Virus record (IMG/VR): IMGVR_UViG_2700989102_000001
Coordinates: 1-64,000 of that record
Source: a virus
Taxonomy: Duplodnaviria > Caudoviricetes
DNA: 64,000 nt
Direction: 5' to 3' (one strand)
The position numbers and the translations under genes are program-made. The stretch's first letter is position 1. Each line of letters begins with the position of its first letter. The notes below the pieces were generated by a model. The model searched no databases. It was not told where the DNA came from and saw only the letters and a program-made list of their open reading frames with translations. Positions 17,923 through 27,745 of the stretch are shown one piece after another.

Positions 17923-18927
17923 ATGGCTCTGCCTGCAAACGGCGGTACCTACGCGAACCTGCTGCAGCCGGGTATCAACCCGCTCGCTGTACGCAAGGCA
18001 ATCATCACCGACATCCTCATCCGGGACTACCGGAACCTGGATGGCACGGTGCACAACCTGGCCGACCCCGCCGTCGGCCTTGGCGATGACGGCTTCTTCT
18101 CGCCGTTCGCCGCCGACGGCAAGCTGCGCTCCGACCTGCTTGGCGATGACGGCCTCGGGTTCTACCACCTCGGCTCCCTGCACGAGGACGGCATCGAGAT
18201 GACGTACGACACGGACGTCGCCGACACGATGATCGCCCAGAGCAAGCGCGCGGTGCGCTTCGACGTCACCCAGGACAACGATGGCATCACCATCAAGGCC
18301 CTGGAGGGCACGCCGCTGGTCGACGCCCTGCGTTACGACAAGCCGCTGCACAACCTGGCCGACGTCGGTCAGGCCTCCTACACGATCGCCAAGGACGCGG
18401 AGACCGTTCTGGTTGAACGTCAGGTGATCGCCATCGGCTTCGACGGTGACAACTACTTCGCGCAGACCTACCCGCGTATGTCGCTGCGTAGCCGCGGCAA
18501 CACCTCGTGGAACAAGGCTGACCCGGACACCATGGAGATCGAGCTCGGCGCTTTGCTGTGCCCGTTCGTGGGTCGCCCGGCGCTGCTGCACCGCGACGGC
18601 GCGGATTGGCGTGGCCTGCAGGGCTACCCGGTCTTCGGTGGCGCCCCCTCGGCTGAGGCCGTGGTGGGTGAGATGGCGGACGTCACGTTTGCCAAGCCGA
18701 CCGGCAAGTCGTCCTCGTACGAGTACGTCGTGGAGAAGTCCAACGACAACGGCACGACCTGGACCGAGGCCACCGTTGAGGACGTCTCCGGCACCAACAC
18801 CGTGACGATCCGGGTTTCCGGCATCACCTCTTCGGTGTCGTGGAAGTTCCGCGTCAAGGCCACCGGCACGGCGCTGCTGACCACCACGTCGGCCGTGACG
18901 GCTTCGGCGATCGTCGGCCTCTCCTAA
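17923..18927 (+). CDS. Major tail protein with C-terminal FN3/Ig-like domain
   Basis: LGSLHEDG motif; C-terminal YEYVVEKS...WKFRVKA; position before the chaperones. Confidence 0.9.
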   Translation: MALPANGGTYANLLQPGINPLAVRKAIITDILIRDYRNLDGTVHNLADPAVGLGDDGFFSPFAADGKLRSDLLGDDGLGFYHLGSLHEDGIEMTYDTDVADTMIAQSKRAVRFDVTQDNDGITIKALEGTPLVDALRYDKPLHNLADVGQASYTIAKDAETVLVERQVIAIGFDGDNYFAQTYPRMSLRSRGNTSWNKADPDTMEIELGALLCPFVGRPALLHRDGADWRGLQGYPVFGGAPSAEAVVGEMADVTFAKPTGKSSSYEYVVEKSNDNGTTWTEATVEDVSGTNTVTIRVSGITSSVSWKFRVKATGTALLTTTSAVTASAIVGLS

Positions 18928-18934
18928 CTGATCT

Positions 18935-18980
18935 ACCCACAAGCGGCGGGCTCGGGCTGTGTCCGCCGCTTGTGGGTTTC
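18935..18980 (+). terminator. Hairpin after major tail gene
   Basis: ACCCACAAGCGGCGG/CCGCCGCTTGTGGGT. Confidence 0.7.
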
Positions 18981-19021
18981 CACAGCCCAACAGCCTCTTT
19001 TCTTTTTTAGGAGTCATTCAG

Positions 19022-19528
19022 ATGACCTACACCCCTCGTAAGCCGGTTTCGGTTCGGGAAGCCAAGGAGCAGGCGGCCGAATACTTCGGTTTCACCGCTA
19101 GCGTCGAGATCGAGATCAACGGCGAAATCTTTGAAATCCCCAACCCCGGCCTTTTGGACGACGACCAGCAGGAACGCTGGGAGGAGCTCCAGTTCCGCAT
19201 TGAGAAGTGCGACCGTGAAGAAGATGTCATTGTCCCGCCGATGACGCTGGAAGACGGCACCGAGCTCCCCGGCCGCACCATCAGGGGCGAACTCAAGACG
19301 CCGTACCAGATCAACGGTGAGCTGATGAAGCCTCCGTACAACGTTCAGCTTGCTCAGGCCATTTTCGGCGAAGAGAAGTATGAGCGGTTCAAGGCTGGCG
19401 GCGGGCGTTCCAACCAGATCCCCCTGGAATGGGCTCGCATGAACCGCGAATTCCAGGAGCGCGTCGAGAACGACCCCAAAAGTGGCGGACGCGGTTCCGA
19501 GGTGGATGGTATTTCCGAGGGAGATTGA
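19022..19528 (+). CDS. Tail assembly chaperone (G)
   Basis: Between major tail and tape measure; DPK slippery region. Confidence 0.85.
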   Translation: MTYTPRKPVSVREAKEQAAEYFGFTASVEIEINGEIFEIPNPGLLDDDQQERWEELQFRIEKCDREEDVIVPPMTLEDGTELPGRTIRGELKTPYQINGELMKPPYNVQLAQAIFGEEKYERFKAGGGRSNQIPLEWARMNREFQERVENDPKSGGRGSEVDGISEGD

Positions 19529-19754
19529 GTGTGATCTCTCCCTTTATCACCACCGTGACATAGGGGAGTGGTTTCGAGGGGAGTTGAGCAGCCGAAAGCT
19601 GCTCACTCTTCTCGACGGTTTACCTGAAGATTCCTGGTACAAACTCAGCGTTCAAGCTTACTTGAAAGAAGTCCAGGAAACGCACGAACAAGAAGTTGTG
19701 AGCGATATTCGTAGATCGATATTCGCTCAACTCACTGGGCAGGAGATGGGTTAA
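19482..19754 (+). CDS. Tail assembly chaperone frameshift extension (T)
   Basis: Overlaps G in the +1 register at CCCCAAAA (19474-19481); IECDL...LDGLP motif. Confidence 0.8.
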   Translation: MADAVPRWMVFPREIECDLSLYHHRDIGEWFRGELSSRKLLTLLDGLPEDSWYKLSVQAYLKEVQETHEQEVVSDIRRSIFAQLTGQEMG

Positions 19755-22700
19755 TGGCAAGAGTTGATCTATGGGCGTTTCTCCATCTCAACCAGAAGTC
19801 GATGCGCAATGCGGAGAAAGAGGCGGTAGGCCGATTCCAGAAGATTGGCAGGGAATCGGCCGATGCCATGTCGAAGGAGATCGAGAACGCCGCTCCTCGC
19901 GTCCGCAGGGCGATGAACAGGGTTGCCGATGCGACCCTCAGCAGTTCTCGCGCAGCCCGCGAAGCCAAGAAGAGTCAGGATGCGCTGGCCAAGTCTAGCC
20001 AGAAGGTCCTGGAGCTCGAAGGGCAAATTGGGGAGCAGAGGAAGGCGTCCCAGCGTCTCCGCAAGTCCGAGATCGCCAACCAGCGGTTGGAGACCAAGGC
20101 CCAGAAGGCCCGAAACGAGGCCCTGGAGGAGTACAACCGGCTCGTTGATCGCCGCAACAAGAAAAGCGACGCCAATAAGCAGACCAAAGAGGAAATCCGC
20201 CTCGCCAATCATCGGATTAAACAGCTCAGGCTAGAGGGCAAGCACAAAGAGGCCAAGGCCCTCGATAAAGAGATCCACCCCACGCGCAAGAGGGATATCC
20301 TGGAGTCGCGGGATATCCGCGCCCTGGATAAGCAGGTTGCCGCCGGCAAGGCCGACCTCGACAAGAAGATCAGAATCCTCAAAGACGCCGAAGAGAACCT
20401 CAAAAGGGTTCAAAAAGACCGCGACGATATAGTCAAGAGCCTCACGAAATCCGAAGAAGAGCATCGCAAGGCCAACGACGCCGCTGCGAAATCCCTCGAA
20501 GACCTCCGGAAAGCCAACGAGGACGTCGAGAAGGCCATCCGCAGTCGCGAGGAGGCTGTCAGATCCCTCCATGAGGTTGAAGAGGCCGAGAATGAGAAGC
20601 GGCGCAAGCGCGAGGAGAAGGGCCGCCGCGGCGGTAGGGGTAAGCGTGGCGGCGGCGGCCTGGGTGTCATTGGCAACATGCTCACCGACCTGCCGTTCGT
20701 TCCCTCGGGCCGATGGGGCGCGGCCCTCGGTGGCGGCATGCTCATCACCATGGCCTCGGCGATGGAAGCCGTTGTCACGGCCTCTCAGAGCCTTGCCCTC
20801 ACCCCGGCCATCCTTATGGCTGCTGGCGCAGGGTTTGGCACGTTGGCGCTCGGCGTCTCCGGCTTCGGGGACGCCATCAAGGACATGGGCGATCCAGAGA
20901 AGTTCGCCGAAGCCCTCCAATCCCTCTCTCCGGCGGCCCAACAGGCAGCGCTGGAGATCCAGTACCTTGTTGACGGCCCCCTCGGGGACCTCAAGAAGGC
21001 TACTCAAGAGACTTTGTTCGAGGGTGTGGCGCAACGCTTCCGCAGCCTGACGAACACTTTCCAGCCGGAAATCATGCGGCTGACCACGGGCATCGCCGGC
21101 GCGATGAACGGAATGTTCGATGAGTTCACGAATCAGCTGATGACCCCCGGGTCGCAAAAGGCTATTTCGAGCATCATCGACAACATCGTCAAAGCGTTCC
21201 AGAATCTTCAGCCCGCTATCGCACCATTCACCAATGCGCTTCTGAAAATCTCGGAAACCGGTGCATCCTTCCTTCCCGATCTCGCCACCGGGCTCGCGAA
21301 CGCCGCCACGAGTTTCTCGCGCTTCATCACCGAGGCGCAGCGGTCGGGCAAGCTGGAAGAGTTCATCCAGAAGGGTATCGACGCGGCGAAGTCGCTTGGC
21401 GATGCCATCTGGACCATCGGCGGGCGGATCTACGAAGTCTTCGGCAACAAGAGCCCCGAGGATTTCGAGAAGACGCTTCAGGACGTCATCGATGCGGCGT
21501 TCGGCCTGGCCAATGGTCTGGTCTCGGCATCGAAGGCCGTCAACGCGGTGCTCAAGGAAATTGAGCCGCTCACCAACCTCATGAAGGATCACCCCGGCCT
21601 GGTCTGGGCGATGGTCGCCGCATGGGTTGGCTTCAGGGGGCTCGGCCTCGTTGCGATGATCTCCGGCCTCGCCGGCGGGCTCGGCAACGTCGCCAGCGCC
21701 CTGGGAAAGATCCCCAGCCTAGCGCAAAAGGCTGGGGGCGCGCTCTCCACCGCGCTGGCGGGCGTTACCATCCCTGCCTGGCTGAAGTTCCTTATGAAAT
21801 GGGGCGGTGCCGTCGGGTTTGGTGGCCAGTCCGACGTCAAGATGCCCGGCGACAAGGACTACCCCTACACCGACAAGGATCTGGAGTGGATTCCAGACAA
21901 GGGCAGGGAAGAGCTTGGTCTACCGCCGAGGGTGCCACAGGGCGGCAAGCCGGGCACCGGCAATGGCCCCCATGGGCGCGACGGCCGGCGCCGCTGGAAC
22001 CCGAACGCGGGACGAAGTGCCACTACGGGCATTGGCCCGGCACCCGCTGATGCGGGCCTCCCCCCGTGGGCTCCGCACAACGTTCCCATGCCCCCGGGTG
22101 AGGAGACGAAGCTCAGCGACAGCGAACGTCGTGACCAAATCTGGTCGACGCTCAATCCTGACGACTTCATGCCGAAGATCGATGTCCCGCTGGGGCCGAT
22201 CACACCGGGCACCCCGCAGCTGGAAATCGGCACGGACGGGAAGCCGTTCTCGAAACCGGGCCCCGGCTACACCGACATCGATCCGGGCGCTATCGCAGAG
22301 GCGCAGGAGAAGGTCCGCCGCGAGGCGATAGATTACCGCGACGCGGCCATGGAGCTCGCCATCCTCCAGAAGGATTCCCTCGCTACCGAGCGAGAGATCT
22401 TCGAGGCGAAGGAAAAGCTGAAGGAAGCCGAGTACGACTTCAACAAGTCCCAGCTTGACCTTGTCGAGGAGCTGAATGGCAAGTGGAAGAAGGTCGGCAA
22501 GGGTATGGCTGACGCCAACAAGCTTGGCGCCGGACTTGACGACGACCTCGGCCTCTCAAGAGGTTTGGCGGGCCTGGCCGATAACCTGGTCCGCTTTGTC
22601 GGCAACCTTGCCACGGCTCCGCTGCAGGCAATGCTGAGCAAGATCGCCGCACAAGGTGACGGTTCGTCCGGCATCTTGGGCATGATGTTCGGCGGGACGA

Positions 22701-24601
22701 AGGACAACCCCGCGAGCTTCGGCGGCGGCTTCGACCTCTCCGGTTCCGCAAGCGCCTCAACCGGATCTCCGGTAAGCGGTGGGGCATATCCCGGCGACGC
22801 AGCCCTCCTGGCGAACGTCCCCGCGGGGCGGTACACGCAGAGCGAGCGCGGCGACCTGACTCAGGGCCTCGCGGACTGCTCCAGCGCCGTCGAAGACCTC
22901 GTCAACCTGATGGATGGCCAGCCCACCGGCGGTGCGTCCATGTATACGGGCAATGCCGCCGAGTGGTTGACCGCTCGCGGCTTTATCCCCGGCATGGGCG
23001 GGCCCGGCGACTTCCGCGTGGGGTTCAACAAGAATCACATGCAGGCGACCCTGCCCGGCGGAACCCCGTTCAACTGGGGTAGCGACTCGTCGGCGGCCCG
23101 CAGGGGTATCGGCGGCACGGGCGCGGACGACCCGTCATTCACGGACCACTACTACCGACCTGCGGGCGCCAGCCCCAGCGCGGTGACCGGCGGTGCCGTG
23201 AACTCGACAATGGCGAACGCCTCTGGCCCAACCCCCGTGTTCGTGACCAACTGGCCTTTTGGCGGCGGCATCCCCGGCGCCCCTGGTGGAAAGCCTGGCT
23301 CCAGCGTGGCGGGCCCGAACGGTCAGCCCATCGCGGACGCGGCGGCCTTCAAGAGTTTCGGCAACCCCGGATCTCCGCAGGCTGTGGCCAACATGATCTA
23401 CCAGCAGGCGGTTTCCCGCGGGTACAGCCCGCAGGAAGCGCAGGCGATCGTGGCGTACGCTATCGGCGAATCGGGGCTCAACCCCAACGCCAACGGCGGG
23501 CCACAGGGCGGCGGCGCGGCCAACGAAGTCATCGGACTGTTCCAACAGAAGCCGGACTTCGCCAAGGGTGGCGGCATCGATCCGTCACTGCGCACCAACG
23601 CAGCGGCCAATACCTACGCCTACCTCAACCAGCTGGACAAGAACCGCAACCTCCCGATCGAACAGGCCCTGCCTGCGACGTCGAGGGGGGGTCCGCTCGC
23701 CACGGGGCAAGACTGGGGCGGCCTGATGAGCCAGGCTGCGCAGTACCTCGGCATGCCTGGAACCCCCGCAAGCCTCTCCGGCCTGCAGGGCGTAGCCGGC
23801 GGCCCGCTCGGCACAGGATTCCCGACAGGTCTCCCTGGCGGTACCCGACCCGGCGTTGCCGGTGGAGCGGCTGGCGGCGGCATCCCCGGACTGTTCGGCA
23901 GCCTGGGCGGTGCCGGTGGTGGCGCTGCTGCTGGGGCCCTCGGGCAACTGCCCGGCCAGCAGCCCGGTCAGCAAAACGGCTTCCCCGGCGCTTCGGGCGC
24001 TGCGGGTGGCGCACTCGGCGGTGCGATGGGTGGTCAAGCGGCAGCGGCTGATTCGATGATCGGCCAAGGCAACAACGATTACAAACCGGGCGAGGAAGGC
24101 TGGCAGCCTTCGGGCGGCGGTGGTCTCGGGATCGGCGGCCTCGCGGGCGCGGCGATCCAGGGCGCGATGGGCGCGGGGAGCGCAATGGCCGGTCCCGCAG
24201 CCCCAGCGGCTTCGGCGGCAGCCCAGATGGCGATGCAGCTAATTCAACGCGGAATTAAATACGGCGGCCAAGTTGCCTCCATCGGCGTTGAAGGTTTGTT
24301 CGAAACCCTGACCTTGGGCGATTCGGCTCTGGGCGATATGAGCAAATCCTGGTTCGGCCGCCTCCTGTCCGGATTCTCTTCTGCGAAGCCAGCTATCGGC
24401 GGCAGCGCCGGGAAAGCCGGCGAGAAGCAGGAGAAGGAACAACCGGGCGAACCGAAGGATCAGAAGCAGGGGCAGCAGGGCAACCAGATCGGTCGGCAGG
24501 GAATCTTCATCGAGAATTTCTCGCCCAAAGACACGAGACAGGGCCAAGCCATGCTGAATGACCTCAACTTCGCCAGCTACCAGGCCGGACAGGCCAGGTA
24601 A
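19754..24601 (+). CDS. Tape measure protein (1615 aa) with C-terminal peptidoglycan-hydrolase-like motifs
   Basis: Longest ORF; coiled-coil and Ala/Gly-rich; DCSSAV...H and GESGLNPNA...GLFQQ motifs. Confidence 0.95.
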   Translation: MARVDLWAFLHLNQKSMRNAEKEAVGRFQKIGRESADAMSKEIENAAPRVRRAMNRVADATLSSSRAAREAKKSQDALAKSSQKVLELEGQIGEQRKASQRLRKSEIANQRLETKAQKARNEALEEYNRLVDRRNKKSDANKQTKEEIRLANHRIKQLRLEGKHKEAKALDKEIHPTRKRDILESRDIRALDKQVAAGKADLDKKIRILKDAEENLKRVQKDRDDIVKSLTKSEEEHRKANDAAAKSLEDLRKANEDVEKAIRSREEAVRSLHEVEEAENEKRRKREEKGRRGGRGKRGGGGLGVIGNMLTDLPFVPSGRWGAALGGGMLITMASAMEAVVTASQSLALTPAILMAAGAGFGTLALGVSGFGDAIKDMGDPEKFAEALQSLSPAAQQAALEIQYLVDGPLGDLKKATQETLFEGVAQRFRSLTNTFQPEIMRLTTGIAGAMNGMFDEFTNQLMTPGSQKAISSIIDNIVKAFQNLQPAIAPFTNALLKISETGASFLPDLATGLANAATSFSRFITEAQRSGKLEEFIQKGIDAAKSLGDAIWTIGGRIYEVFGNKSPEDFEKTLQDVIDAAFGLANGLVSASKAVNAVLKEIEPLTNLMKDHPGLVWAMVAAWVGFRGLGLVAMISGLAGGLGNVASALGKIPSLAQKAGGALSTALAGVTIPAWLKFLMKWGGAVGFGGQSDVKMPGDKDYPYTDKDLEWIPDKGREELGLPPRVPQGGKPGTGNGPHGRDGRRRWNPNAGRSATTGIGPAPADAGLPPWAPHNVPMPPGEETKLSDSERRDQIWSTLNPDDFMPKIDVPLGPITPGTPQLEIGTDGKPFSKPGPGYTDIDPGAIAEAQEKVRREAIDYRDAAMELAILQKDSLATEREIFEAKEKLKEAEYDFNKSQLDLVEELNGKWKKVGKGMADANKLGAGLDDDLGLSRGLAGLADNLVRFVGNLATAPLQAMLSKIAAQGDGSSGILGMMFGGTKDNPASFGGGFDLSGSASASTGSPVSGGAYPGDAALLANVPAGRYTQSERGDLTQGLADCSSAVEDLVNLMDGQPTGGASMYTGNAAEWLTARGFIPGMGGPGDFRVGFNKNHMQATLPGGTPFNWGSDSSAARRGIGGTGADDPSFTDHYYRPAGASPSAVTGGAVNSTMANASGPTPVFVTNWPFGGGIPGAPGGKPGSSVAGPNGQPIADAAAFKSFGNPGSPQAVANMIYQQAVSRGYSPQEAQAIVAYAIGESGLNPNANGGPQGGGAANEVIGLFQQKPDFAKGGGIDPSLRTNAAANTYAYLNQLDKNRNLPIEQALPATSRGGPLATGQDWGGLMSQAAQYLGMPGTPASLSGLQGVAGGPLGTGFPTGLPGGTRPGVAGGAAGGGIPGLFGSLGGAGGGAAAGALGQLPGQQPGQQNGFPGASGAAGGALGGAMGGQAAAADSMIGQGNNDYKPGEEGWQPSGGGGLGIGGLAGAAIQGAMGAGSAMAGPAAPAASAAAQMAMQLIQRGIKYGGQVASIGVEGLFETLTLGDSALGDMSKSWFGRLLSGFSSAKPAIGGSAGKAGEKQEKEQPGEPKDQKQGQQGNQIGRQGIFIENFSPKDTRQGQAMLNDLNFASYQAGQAR

Positions 24602-24607
24602 AGACTT

Positions 24608-24651
24608 GGTGCTGACCCGCGACTTAGTTCCCCTAGTCGCGGGTCAGCACC
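24608..24651. terminator. 17-bp perfect inverted repeat between convergent genes
   Basis: GGTGCTGACCCGCGACT/AGTCGCGGGTCAGCACC. Confidence 0.75.
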
Positions 24652-25610
24652 TCTTCGACCTGCGCGAAGAACCACTGGGTCATTACGTCCGCCACGACGG
24701 GCCTTCGAACCCCTCGCCGAACCATCTCTGCGTCCCATCGGTCGCGGTACTCGACGAGCCATGGGCGCTCGGTGGCGAACCTCGCCTCGACTTCCCGGCG
24801 CTTGATGAATGGGTTGCCCTCGATCCTTCCAAGAAGGACGTTGCAGCCGTTGCAAAGGATGGAGCGCAGGCACTTGCCGCAGGATAGCGTCCCCGGGCAG
24901 CAGGCGTGGTCGTGGTCCACGCAGGCTCGCCTAGTCCCGGGGTCGCCATCCCAACTCAAGGGCTCGGAACAGGCCGCGCAGCGATAGTCCTGTTCCTCCA
25001 TGAGTGCGTTGAGGGCTTCAGGCCCAACGCCGTACTTGAACCCGCGATACCGCTCGCGTGACGACTCGGGATCTTCGTGCCACTTGGCGCTTTGGGCCGC
25101 CTGTTGGCAGCGCTTGCACCGGGGCTGGTACCTGTCCTTGTACCGCGAGAAGCCGGACACCGGCTGCAGGGGCTCGTCACAATCGGGGTTCGTGCACCAG
25201 CGCTTACCTTCTTCGACGAACCGTGCGCGATGCGCCTTACAGGGGCCGTGGTGCCACGAAGGGTTGTCGCAGCCATCCATTGGACAGACGCCCCCCTTTC
25301 GACGCCCCAGGCAATCAAAGCACCACCAACGCTTGCCCCATGATGAGCCATTCGTGTTAGGAAAGGCGTCCAGGGGCTTGATCGGCTGCTTGCACTCCGG
25401 ATGCTTGCAATAGCCTGCGCCACTCGCTTCGAGCTCCTCGCGATGCTGAAGGCAGAAGCTCTTCTTGTGTCGCGCGTTCTCGCAGCCCCTTACCGGGCAT
25501 GTGGGCACTGGTAGCGTGCCCCGCTTCCTGTTGCGCGCGTAGCACGCAGCGCAGTATCCCCAGCCGACGATCTTCGTCTTGCTGCAGTCTTCGGTTGCGC
25601 AAGTCCTCAA
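24633..25610 (-). CDS. Endonuclease VII-family nuclease with tandem N-terminal Zn-finger units (probable free-standing homing endonuclease)
   Basis: QDYRCAAC...VDHDH...LCNGCNVLLG; repeated C-x4-C...C-x2-C/H units; AGGAGG RBS. Confidence 0.85.
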   Translation of the reverse strand: MRTCATEDCSKTKIVGWGYCAACYARNRKRGTLPVPTCPVRGCENARHKKSFCLQHREELEASGAGYCKHPECKQPIKPLDAFPNTNGSSWGKRWWCFDCLGRRKGGVCPMDGCDNPSWHHGPCKAHRARFVEEGKRWCTNPDCDEPLQPVSGFSRYKDRYQPRCKRCQQAAQSAKWHEDPESSRERYRGFKYGVGPEALNALMEEQDYRCAACSEPLSWDGDPGTRRACVDHDHACCPGTLSCGKCLRSILCNGCNVLLGRIEGNPFIKRREVEARFATERPWLVEYRDRWDAEMVRRGVRRPVVADVMTQWFFAQVEEVLTRD

Positions 25611-25746
25611 GGCCGGGGACCTCCTATCTTCCAGCGTTCATTTCCACTGTACCGCGGTGCGCCGCGTAGTTCATCCCACTGTGATGCGGAACGCACTCAA
25701 CCATGCTCCGTGGCGCTGCCACTCCCTACAGGAGGTTTACGCTTAA

Positions 25747-27735
25747 TTGGAGTCATATCCTCCTACGCCAATAACCAAATACGGAATTCAACTCCTCAAA
25801 GAGGGAATTGAGCCGAATATCACTTATACCTCCCCCGGCGGGGAGATTATCTTCTACCTGAATGGTGGGCTGGCGCCATTCCCCGGGGTTACCGAAGGCA
25901 TTGCCCTAGAAGAGGGTATTGAGGGCCTTCACCCGCTATTCAATCACCTAGATACCAAGGGTGCGAGGCAGGACGGCGCGACGTGGACCGATACGGTTTA
26001 CGAGCCGGCCGAAATGGTGATGAAGGTTATCGCCACCGCCCCCACCGCAGAGGGCTTGCGCCGGGTTATCCGCAAATGGATCGCCTCGTGGGACCCGGAG
26101 AATCCCGGAAAGCTCACCTGGACCACCCCCGAGTCGGGGGAGTGGTGGTGCTATCCACGCCTTCACCGCCCGGTTACCGACAAGCTCAACCGCGGCTATG
26201 CACGGGACGGTATTCAAAAGTTTAGCAATTGGTCGATCCGTAATGACGACGCCTTCTGGCGATCGCACGATTCGGTTTCCCAATTCCAATTCTCTTATCG
26301 AATGGCGGTTGACGAGTTCAACCGCGACGACGACGGAACCTTGGGCCCCAACTGGGAGCAGACCTATTCCGGTTCCGACGAGGGCGTGTGTGAGACAGAG
26401 CCCGCCCTGAACTTCCTGATTCCGGGCCGGGCCCGATGGACCCCCGCGGGCGAGGAGCAGCGGACGGTCATCAACCGCTGGCTGGGTTCTACCGAGGTGC
26501 AGACGGTTGAGGTTCACGGCAGCCCCACAACGTGGCGGTTAGGCTTCGGTGGCCAGCCGACTTCGCCGATCTCCCATCCCGCCACCGCGGCGCAGGTGAA
26601 GACCGCCCTGGTGGGGCTGGAGAGCATCACCACCGATGATGTGACTGTCGAGGGTGAGACTGGCGGCCCCTACACCGTTACGTTCACCGGCCAGTACGCC
26701 AAGACGGACGTCCCCCAGATGGAGGCGTCCGTGGTGAGCGGCGGCACCAACCCGTATGTCACGGTGGCCACCACCTCTACGGGTACGCCCGCCGTCACGG
26801 CCACCGACAACCAGGTTATCTCCATTCAATTGGGCGCATTCTTTATGTTCCCATTCCCCGATGCGGCCTATATCGATATCTTGGGCCGAATGAGCGAAGA
26901 CGGTGAGACGTATATCCGGTTGAGGATTGGCCCGCAGTGGATTCGCCTTTCCCGGTTCAATAACGGTGTTGAGACGGTTCTTCGTCAAAGGATTCTGCTT
27001 GTCCTCCCCATCTGGGGCGAGACGTGGTCTTTGGTGTGCGGCTCGGCCAATAACGCCAGACAGTTCACCGTTATGCGAAGCGGCTTCCCCATCCTCTCCT
27101 ATAAGGAGACTGGTACCGGTTCGGCTTTGGGCGCGGATTACCGCGGCGTCGGATTCGGTATGGAAGCCGGGGACGGATTCACCCGCCAACTGGTTCCGCC
27201 GGCGGTCAACAAGTGGGCTTTCGGCGACAACGCCACCCTCACTCAATCGGGGCATCTGGCTCTTACCAACTTCGGTGACCAGCCGGGATTCCCGGATCTG
27301 GTGGTTTACGGCCCGGGGACGTTCAAGTTCTCCGATGGGCCGGGCGCGGAGCCGACGATCGAGTTCGGACCCCTGGCTGATGGACAGGTCGCCCTGATCA
27401 AGACCCATCCCGGTCAACGGGCGGTGTATGACATCACCACGGATCAGACTGAGCAGGATTTGCCGTTCTTCCAAGATTTCCTGAAGCGGCTTATCAGCCT
27501 GGCTTTCAATGGGAATGTCCCGCCTTTGATGGAGTGGTTCCAGAGCCTTTTCGGCATCGAACCCCCGCAGGGGAATATGTATTCCCTTTTGAAGGGCCGG
27601 TGGTCTAAACCGGTCCCCCCGAGGACGTTGACCGCTTCGCCGGTCACCCATCAGATCGCGGTGGAGATCAAAGACGGCAATGCAAATTCAAAGGTTATCG
27701 CGGCACTGACGCCCATGAGGCGCTGGCCCGAGTAA
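25747..27735 (+). CDS. Minor tail protein (distal-tail type)
   Basis: First structural ORF after tape measure; ARQDGAT and TPMRRWP motifs; AGGAGG RBS. Confidence 0.85.
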   Translation: MESYPPTPITKYGIQLLKEGIEPNITYTSPGGEIIFYLNGGLAPFPGVTEGIALEEGIEGLHPLFNHLDTKGARQDGATWTDTVYEPAEMVMKVIATAPTAEGLRRVIRKWIASWDPENPGKLTWTTPESGEWWCYPRLHRPVTDKLNRGYARDGIQKFSNWSIRNDDAFWRSHDSVSQFQFSYRMAVDEFNRDDDGTLGPNWEQTYSGSDEGVCETEPALNFLIPGRARWTPAGEEQRTVINRWLGSTEVQTVEVHGSPTTWRLGFGGQPTSPISHPATAAQVKTALVGLESITTDDVTVEGETGGPYTVTFTGQYAKTDVPQMEASVVSGGTNPYVTVATTSTGTPAVTATDNQVISIQLGAFFMFPFPDAAYIDILGRMSEDGETYIRLRIGPQWIRLSRFNNGVETVLRQRILLVLPIWGETWSLVCGSANNARQFTVMRSGFPILSYKETGTGSALGADYRGVGFGMEAGDGFTRQLVPPAVNKWAFGDNATLTQSGHLALTNFGDQPGFPDLVVYGPGTFKFSDGPGAEPTIEFGPLADGQVALIKTHPGQRAVYDITTDQTEQDLPFFQDFLKRLISLAFNGNVPPLMEWFQSLFGIEPPQGNMYSLLKGRWSKPVPPRTLTASPVTHQIAVEIKDGNANSKVIAALTPMRRWPE

Positions 27736-27745
27736 GGAGTTCTGC

